A stretch of DNA of 64,000 nucleotides from Patescibacteria group bacterium. Lineage in GTDB: Bacteria; Patescibacteriota; Patescibacteriia; UBA10025; JAHIVO01. The stretch spans positions 251,284 to 315,283 of the forward strand of contig JBAZKE010000001.1 of the NCBI GenBank assembly GCA_041650915.1, read 5' to 3'. How positions within the stretch are numbered: the first letter of the stretch is position 1; each line of letters opens with the position of its first letter. A program made the translations under genes and the position numbers. The notes below the pieces were generated by a model. The model was not told the DNA's origin. It saw only the letters and a program-made list of their open reading frames with translations, and made no database searches. Below, piece by piece: positions 56,432 to 64,000 of the stretch.

Positions 56432-57970
56432 ATGTCAAATCGTGACTTTATTATCGAGCAGCTGAAAAAGCAAATTACGGATTTTAAGGCTGACGTCGCG
56501 ACCGAACGGGTTGGCACGGTGGAAGAAATCGGAGACGGCATTGCCCGCATTTCCGGCTTGTCCGACGTGATGGCATCCGAGATGCTCGAGTTTCCCGGCG
56601 GGAAGTTCGGAGTTGCCTTGAACCTCGAAGAAGACACTATCGGCGCCATCATCCTCGGCGAGGAAGCGGGCATCAGGGCGGGTGATACGGTCAAGAGCAC
56701 CGGCCGCATCCTCGAAGTCCCGGTTGGCGATGCCGTTATCGGCCGCGTGGTCAATCCGCTCGGGCAGGCGATTGACGGCAAGGGCGATATCCAGTCTGAC
56801 AAGCGGTATCCGATTGAAAAAATTGCACCGCGCGTCATTACCCGTGAGTCCGTGAGCCAACCCGTCCAGACCGGCATTAAGGCGATTGATTCGATGATTC
56901 CGATCGGCCGCGGCCAGCGCGAGCTCATCATCGGTGACCGCCAAGTGGGCAAAACCGCGATTACGGTCGATACGATCATCAACCAAAAAGGCCAGAACAT
57001 GGCCTGCATCTACGTGGCGATCGGCCAGAAAGAGTCAAAGGTGGCGAAGATGGTCGCGGAACTCGAGAAGCATGGCGCTATGGATTACACCACGGTCGTC
57101 GTTGCCGGCGCCTCTGATCCTGCTTCGCTCACATTCATCGCTCCGTACGCAGGCTGCGCAATGGGTGAGTATATGATGGACCAGGGCAAGGACGTTCTCG
57201 TGATCTATGACGACTTGTCAAAGCACGCGTGGGCGTACCGCCAGATTTCACTGCTCCTGAGGCGGCCGCCAGGCCGCGAGGCGTACCCCGGTGACGTCTT
57301 TTATCTCCATTCTCGCTTGCTCGAGCGCGCCGCAAAACTGAATCCCGACTATGGCGGCGGCAGCTTGACTGCGCTTCCAATCATTGAGACGCAGGCCGCT
57401 GATATTTCCGCGTACATTCCGACGAACGTTATCTCTATTACCGACGGGCAAATCTACCTCGAGCCGGACCTCTTCTATCAGGGTATCCGCCCGGCACTCA
57501 ACATCGGCCTGTCAGTTTCGCGTGTCGGATCTGCCGCCCAGATCAAAGCCATGAAGAAGGTGGCAGGGAAGCTCAGGATGGAGCTCGCGCAGTACCGTGA
57601 GCTCGCGGCGTTCGCGCAGTTCGGCTCTGACCTCGATGAGGCGACGCAGAAGCAGCTCGAGCGGGGCAAACGGCTCACTGAAATCCTGAAGCAGGGGCAG
57701 TACGAACCGATGCCCGTTGCGCAGCAGGTTGTCATTCTGTATGCAGCGATCAACGGTTACTGCGATGATGTCCCGGTTGAACACATCCAAAAATTCGAAA
57801 CTGCGCTCCATGCCTTTTTCGAGACATCGCACAAGCAGCTCCTCGATGAGATTGCAGCAACCGGAGAACTCGGTGAGGATATCGAGAGCAAACTGAAAGC
57901 TGTGATAGAAGATTTCAAAAAAACCAAGGATTTTGGAACTAAACAAGAGCCACAGGAAAAGGCAAAATAA
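56432..57970 (+). CDS. atpA: ATP synthase F1 alpha
   Basis: [44 protein letters not shown]. Confidence 0.98.
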   Translation: MSNRDFIIEQLKKQITDFKADVATERVGTVEEIGDGIARISGLSDVMASEMLEFPGGKFGVALNLEEDTIGAIILGEEAGIRAGDTVKSTGRILEVPVGDAVIGRVVNPLGQAIDGKGDIQSDKRYPIEKIAPRVITRESVSQPVQTGIKAIDSMIPIGRGQRELIIGDRQVGKTAITVDTIINQKGQNMACIYVAIGQKESKVAKMVAELEKHGAMDYTTVVVAGASDPASLTFIAPYAGCAMGEYMMDQGKDVLVIYDDLSKHAWAYRQISLLLRRPPGREAYPGDVFYLHSRLLERAAKLNPDYGGGSLTALPIIETQAADISAYIPTNVISITDGQIYLEPDLFYQGIRPALNIGLSVSRVGSAAQIKAMKKVAGKLRMELAQYRELAAFAQFGSDLDEATQKQLERGKRLTEILKQGQYEPMPVAQQVVILYAAINGYCDDVPVEHIQKFETALHAFFETSHKQLLDEIAATGELGEDIESKLKAVIEDFKKTKDFGTKQEPQEKAK

Positions 57971-57991
57971 AATGGGGGCACTGAACGCGCT

Positions 57992-58018
57992 TGTCATTCC
58001 GAATTTGACCCGGAATCT
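57992..58018 (+). repeat. REP-like half element between atpA and atpG
   Basis: TGTCATTCCGAATTTGACCCGGAATCT resembles the 54729 element. Confidence 0.55.
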
Positions 58019-58062
58019 TAGCTGAGTAAAAAGGAATTGATTATTACCCCTTGCAGACGATT

Positions 58063-60401
<2,339 letters not shown>

Positions 60402-60414
60402 GTAATGCATCCCT

Positions 60415-60855
60415 ATGGCAGGCAAGCTCAAGTTTGAAATAACGACCCCCGAGCGTGTCGTATTCTCGGCGGAGATCGACGAGGTCGTTCTGCCGACGCC
60501 GCAGGGTGAGGTCGGCATCCTCCCGAACCACATTCCGCTCGTTTCGCTGCTCTCCCCGGGGGAGCTCCGGATCAAGCAGGGCGGGGAGACAACGTTCATG
60601 GCCGTGTCGGGGGGTTTTATCGAGGTCAGGCCTGACAAGGTCGTAGTGCTCGCGGATACGGCGGAGCGCGCGGAAGATATCGATGAGGCGCGGGCTGAAG
60701 AAGCCCGAAAGCGCGCACAGCAGCTCTCCCGCGAGAAGCGCGCAGATGCTGCGGAGTTTGCGGCGCTGTCCGCCAAGATGGAGAAGGAGCTCGCGCGCCT
60801 CAGGGTCGCACGGAAGAAACGCCGGCGCAGGCCGGAAGCGCCGCTCCAGGCTTAA
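60415..60855 (+). CDS. atpC: ATP synthase F1 epsilon
   Basis: EITTPER, GEVGILPNH.P, VSGGF.EV. Confidence 0.97.
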   Translation: MAGKLKFEITTPERVVFSAEIDEVVLPTPQGEVGILPNHIPLVSLLSPGELRIKQGGETTFMAVSGGFIEVRPDKVVVLADTAERAEDIDEARAEEARKRAQQLSREKRADAAEFAALSAKMEKELARLRVARKKRRRRPEAPLQA

Positions 60856-60868
60856 TGGCCTGTGTCCC

Positions 60869-61060
60869 ATGGCCCATACCTCCAGAGCACTCGTTATTTG
60901 CTGCTTGGATTTCCGGCTCCACACCGTTGTACGGGATTTTTTGATATCGCTCGGACTCAAGGACAGTTACGATCGCATTACCTGCGCTGGTGCAATCAAG
61001 GGCACCGCTGAGCAGAACCCCGTTTCGGCTGATTTTTTACGGAACGGTATCCACATTTGA
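60869..61060 (+). pseudogene. Truncated beta-carbonic-anhydrase-like protein
   Basis: ALVICCLDFRL (CxDxR) and YD.I..AG, then a stop before the expected HxxC motif. Confidence 0.6.
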
Positions 61061-61134
61061 CTATTTATGCAATTCTTGCGAGAATGAAGCCAGGAGAGCA
61101 CCGCTTTGAAATTGATTTTGAAATGGTTCGGTAA

Positions 61135-61458
61135 ATGATCAGTATGGAAAGAGGAGAGCGGGAACACAATCCAGCCGAGACCGCAGAAGCGCAACCGTTG
61201 AACGATGCCGAGCTCGATGAGGTATATTCATTCGTGACGGGCGAGCTTCGCGATTATCTCAATGGCATGAAAGAGGGGAATAACAGGCTGTATCGGAAAG
61301 CAAATATTCCCGTTGACAGTGACCGTGCTGTGGAAATCAGCTACGGCGCAGACCGAGATCGAATCCGGGCGATGCCACCGGAAAAGCAGCGCCACGTGTA
61401 TCGGGATGTGCTGTTACTGAAGGAATTGCTTAAAATAGGCGCTCACGTGAGTACGTAA
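61135..61458 (+). CDS. Hypothetical protein
   Basis: 107-aa ORF with plausible helical composition; may start at ATG 61144. Confidence 0.55.
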   Translation: MISMERGEREHNPAETAEAQPLNDAELDEVYSFVTGELRDYLNGMKEGNNRLYRKANIPVDSDRAVEISYGADRDRIRAMPPEKQRHVYRDVLLLKELLKIGAHVST

Positions 61459-61504
61459 TCACGACAACAAACATTTACGATAATAGTTTTTAGGAGGTAG
61501 TGCC

Positions 61505-61681
61505 ATGACCGGCAATCAGTTTTCTGACAGTGATCCGTACGATCATCGCCGTCTGGTCGCAGTGTCCAAGGGGACGCCGCGCAGTACAGATCCGCCCATC
61601 TATCCCGGAGATAAACCGGTGAAGGTTATCACCTGGAGGGACCTTGAAGAAGGTCCAAGAGAAAATGTAGATACAAAATAG
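61505..61681 (+). CDS. Small hypothetical protein (58 aa, below ORF-track cutoff)
   Basis: AGGAGGT SD then ATG; MTGNQFSDSDPYDH...NVDTK*; terminator at 61719-61769. Confidence 0.55.
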   Translation: MTGNQFSDSDPYDHRRLVAVSKGTPRSTDPPIYPGDKPVKVITWRDLEEGPRENVDTK

Positions 61682-61718
61682 TATCTCGCAGTACCGTCTG
61701 GCGGCGGTTGGCGCAGAA

Positions 61719-61819
61719 GCCCCTGCTTTTCAGCTTATACAACAGTTGACTGGCAGGGGTATTTTTTTTACCCAAAGAAAAAACCCGCTTCCAGCATTCC
61801 ATTGCAGAAGGGGGTTTTT
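61719..61819. terminator. Two adjacent terminator hairpins between convergent small genes
   Basis: GCCCCTGC..GCAGGGGT plus T8; AAAAACCCGCTTC..GAAGGGGGTTTTT. Confidence 0.6.
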
Positions 61820-61842
61820 GGCCCGTGAACCAGCACACAGCT

Positions 61843-62085
61843 TCATCCTTTCTGTTGGGCGCCCGCACCTTGGTTGCCGTGCTTCCAGATTACCTTGATA
61901 AATTCAGGCACAAGAATGATCGTTACGATCATGACGAGGCAGCCGGCTACCCAGCGGAAGCAGTGCCACCACGGCGTGCTGTCCGCGATGAAAAACCAGA
62001 TTGTCGACGGTATGAGTGCGGTGAGCAGTGCCATTATAACGCCGACAAGCCAGTTCGCAAACTGCGATTTTAATTGTGTTTTCAA
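61843..62085 (-). CDS. Small two-TM membrane protein
   Basis: GGAGG SD plus TTG; TTGACA(62150)-17 bp-TACTAT promoter; two hydrophobic helices. Confidence 0.65.
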   Translation of the reverse strand: MKTQLKSQFANWLVGVIMALLTALIPSTIWFFIADSTPWWHCFRWVAGCLVMIVTIILVPEFIKVIWKHGNQGAGAQQKG

Positions 62086-62237
62086 GTATCTTGCCTCCTA
62101 TCCGTTTCGTTTGGTTCGTCGATAGTAGCAAGCTTTGCCATCCCTGTCAATACGATTCCCGAGCGGGCTTGCGGTGCACGGCTCGTGGGGCCGTTGCGGG
62201 AAGGTTTCTTGGCAGGTGGTCGGCAGGGGATTGGTAC

Positions 62238-62271
62238 TTATCCACAGCCAGGTACCTTGCATTGCAAGGTA
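62238..62271 (+). promoter_or_regulatory. DnaA box plus palindromic operator upstream of padR
   Basis: TTATCCACA (62238-62246); TACCTTGC-ATT-GCAAGGTA (62253-62271), a likely PadR autoregulatory site. Confidence 0.55.
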
Positions 62272-62314
62272 ATGTATGTAATACTTGTTTTACGATACTT
62301 TCAATGAGTGCCTT

Positions 62315-62662
62315 ATGGACGAAAAACAAAAGAATGAGCTCGAAAACACCCGTGCGCAGATGCGGAAAGGAATTCTGGAGTTCTGCATCCTCCTCGTCAT
62401 TTCAGCGGGCAAGATTTACGCGTCTGATATATTGAAGCAGCTCGAGCGGGCAGATCTGATCGTAGTCGAGGGAACGCTCTACCCGCTGCTGAGCAGGCTT
62501 AAGAATACGGGGCTGCTCGAGTACACCTGGGAGGAATCAAAGAGCGGCCCGCCGAGGAAGTACTATATTTTAACAAAGAAGGGAAAGGAGACGGTCAAGC
62601 AGCTCTCTCACACCTGGGGTAAGTTCAATCAATCGATCAATTCTTTAATCCACAAAGTTTAA
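62315..62662 (+). CDS. PadR family transcriptional regulator
   Basis: QMRKGILEFCIL, EGTLYPLLSRL, W.ES.SGPPRKYY..T.KG. Confidence 0.95.
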   Translation: MDEKQKNELENTRAQMRKGILEFCILLVISAGKIYASDILKQLERADLIVVEGTLYPLLSRLKNTGLLEYTWEESKSGPPRKYYILTKKGKETVKQLSHTWGKFNQSINSLIHKV

Positions 62663-62669
62663 TAATGAT

Positions 62670-64000
62670 ATGAACAAGACGGTCACTATCGTGCTCAACG
62701 GGATTCTCTTCCACATCGAGGAAAGGGCGTACGATTCGCTAAAATCGTACCTTGATTCTATCAAAGCGTACTACGCATCGAACGGGGATAGCGAAGAGAT
62801 CCTGAAGGATATCGAATCGAGCATCGCGGAGAAGTTTTCGGCAAAGGTGAAAACCGCCAAGCAGGTAATCGCGCTCGCTGACGTTGAGGAGCTCATCAGG
62901 GTTATGGGGACGGTGGAGGATTTTGCCGAAGCGAGCGGGGAGAGGGTAACCGATGCTGCACCGTCTTCCGGCGGAAAGCAGGAGAAAGGTGAACGGTCCC
63001 GGAGGAGGCTCTACCGGAATCCCGATGATACAATCATTGCTGGGGTATGCTCGGGCATTGCCGCGTTTTTCGGAATTGATCCGGTCATTGTCCGGCTCCT
63101 GTTTGGGCTGTCAATACTCCTCGGCGGCACCGGCTTTTTTGTGTACCTCGTGCTCTGGCTCATCATGCCCGCAGCAAAAACGAATACACAGAAGCTCGAG
63201 ATGCAGGGCAAGCCCGTCACGCTCGAAAAGATCGAGCAGGTTACGCGAGAGATCAAGGAGCGCAGCAAGCAGGGAGCCCATGCGGTAAAAGGTTTTTTTC
63301 CGAAGCTTTTCGCATTTTTTGGTGCCTTTTTCCGCGCGCTCGGTACGTTGATAACAAAACTCGGCCCGGTACTGAGCATATTCCTCGGGTCGGTGTTCGT
63401 CTTCTCGATGATCTGTGCGATCGCCGGACTGACGTTCGGGATCGCGGTGCTGCTTTTCAGCATTGATTCCGCGTACATCAATTTCGGTTACCCGATCAAG
63501 GAGGCGATGGGCGAGGCGCCGTACCTGCTGAGCGTGGGCGCTGGCTTCCTTACTGCCCTCATTCCGCTTCTGTTCCTGTTCCTTTTCGGCATCGTGCTGA
63601 TCAGGAGAAAAAATGTTTTTACAACCATTACGACGAGTACGCTGCTGGTAGTCTGGATGATCGGCATCATCACGCTCGGGGTAATCTCAATTGATGCGGT
63701 CCCGAAGATCGACCGTGTCATCGAAGAAGTCAACAGCAAGAGCGATATCGTACGGACGTACGATATGGCACATTTCACGTCCGTGGAAGTCGACGAGCCG
63801 TTTACGGTTATCATAACCAAGGCGGAGGAGTATTCGGTCAGGGCGACAGGCCAGGAGTATGACATTGAAGAGCTGGACGTCGCAGTCACTGACGGCACGC
63901 TCGAGATTGACCGGGACCGGCGGGAGTTCTACTACTGCCTTTTCTGCTGGGAGAAGCCGGTCACCATTACCATTACCATGCCGGAACTTAGTGAGGTATC
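62670..64000 (+). CDS. PspC-domain membrane protein with C-terminal DUF2807/GIN-like region (partial, runs off window)
   Basis: MNKTVTI.LNG..FHIEE.AY; RRLYRNPDD.IIAGVCSGIA PspC motif; several TMs; F.SVEV...F.V.I....EYSV. Confidence 0.85.
   Translation, partial: MNKTVTIVLNGILFHIEERAYDSLKSYLDSIKAYYASNGDSEEILKDIESSIAEKFSAKVKTAKQVIALADVEELIRVMGTVEDFAEASGERVTDAAPSSGGKQEKGERSRRRLYRNPDDTIIAGVCSGIAAFFGIDPVIVRLLFGLSILLGGTGFFVYLVLWLIMPAAKTNTQKLEMQGKPVTLEKIEQVTREIKERSKQGAHAVKGFFPKLFAFFGAFFRALGTLITKLGPVLSIFLGSVFVFSMICAIAGLTFGIAVLLFSIDSAYINFGYPIKEAMGEAPYLLSVGAGFLTALIPLLFLFLFGIVLIRRKNVFTTITTSTLLVVWMIGIITLGVISIDAVPKIDRVIEEVNSKSDIVRTYDMAHFTSVEVDEPFTVIITKAEEYSVRATGQEYDIEELDVAVTDGTLEIDRDRREFYYCLFCWEKPVTITITMPELSEV

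Noticed and set aside
56119-57009. Full 296-aa antisense ORF
   Set aside because: The N-terminal two-thirds is a shadow of atpA; only the 56355-56119 part has SD and motif support

Overview
Chromosomal window from a bacterium that looks like Patescibacteria/CPR (Parcubacteria, possibly ABY1-like). This is inferred from the T4SS-type pilin, FG-GAP and FN3 surface giants, eukaryote-type GlyRS, type-2 IleRS and mostly SD-less core genes. It uses the standard genetic code. Core content: a minus-strand smpB-ssrA-infC-rpmI-rplT-tRNA-Asp cluster, argS, ileS, recO, tgt, pgsA/pgpA, glyQS, rsmI, metG, two tatD, rmuC, a full F1Fo ATP synthase operon and padR-pspC. Accessory content: NHL/FG-GAP and FecR/FN3 surface proteins, a 2,970-aa Kelch/FN3 giant beside a MacB/FtsX-type ABC system, and three stand-alone receivers around a kinase-less HisKA mini-protein. 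The most striking structure is a nested tRNA locus (7535-7887). An intact tRNA-Asp(GUC) with long inverted-repeat flanks sits in the anticodon loop of a second tRNA-Asp copy. That outer copy carries two symmetric 22-nt hairpin insertions in the D stem and an ~86-nt insertion in the T loop. Also notable: three stacked 3' ends of glyQS, an unannotated antisense Zn-ribbon gene splitting the atp operon, a membrane-anchored Clp ATPase, and a set of self-contained orphan gene cassettes with strong SD sites. All calls were made by eye; no database searches were run.
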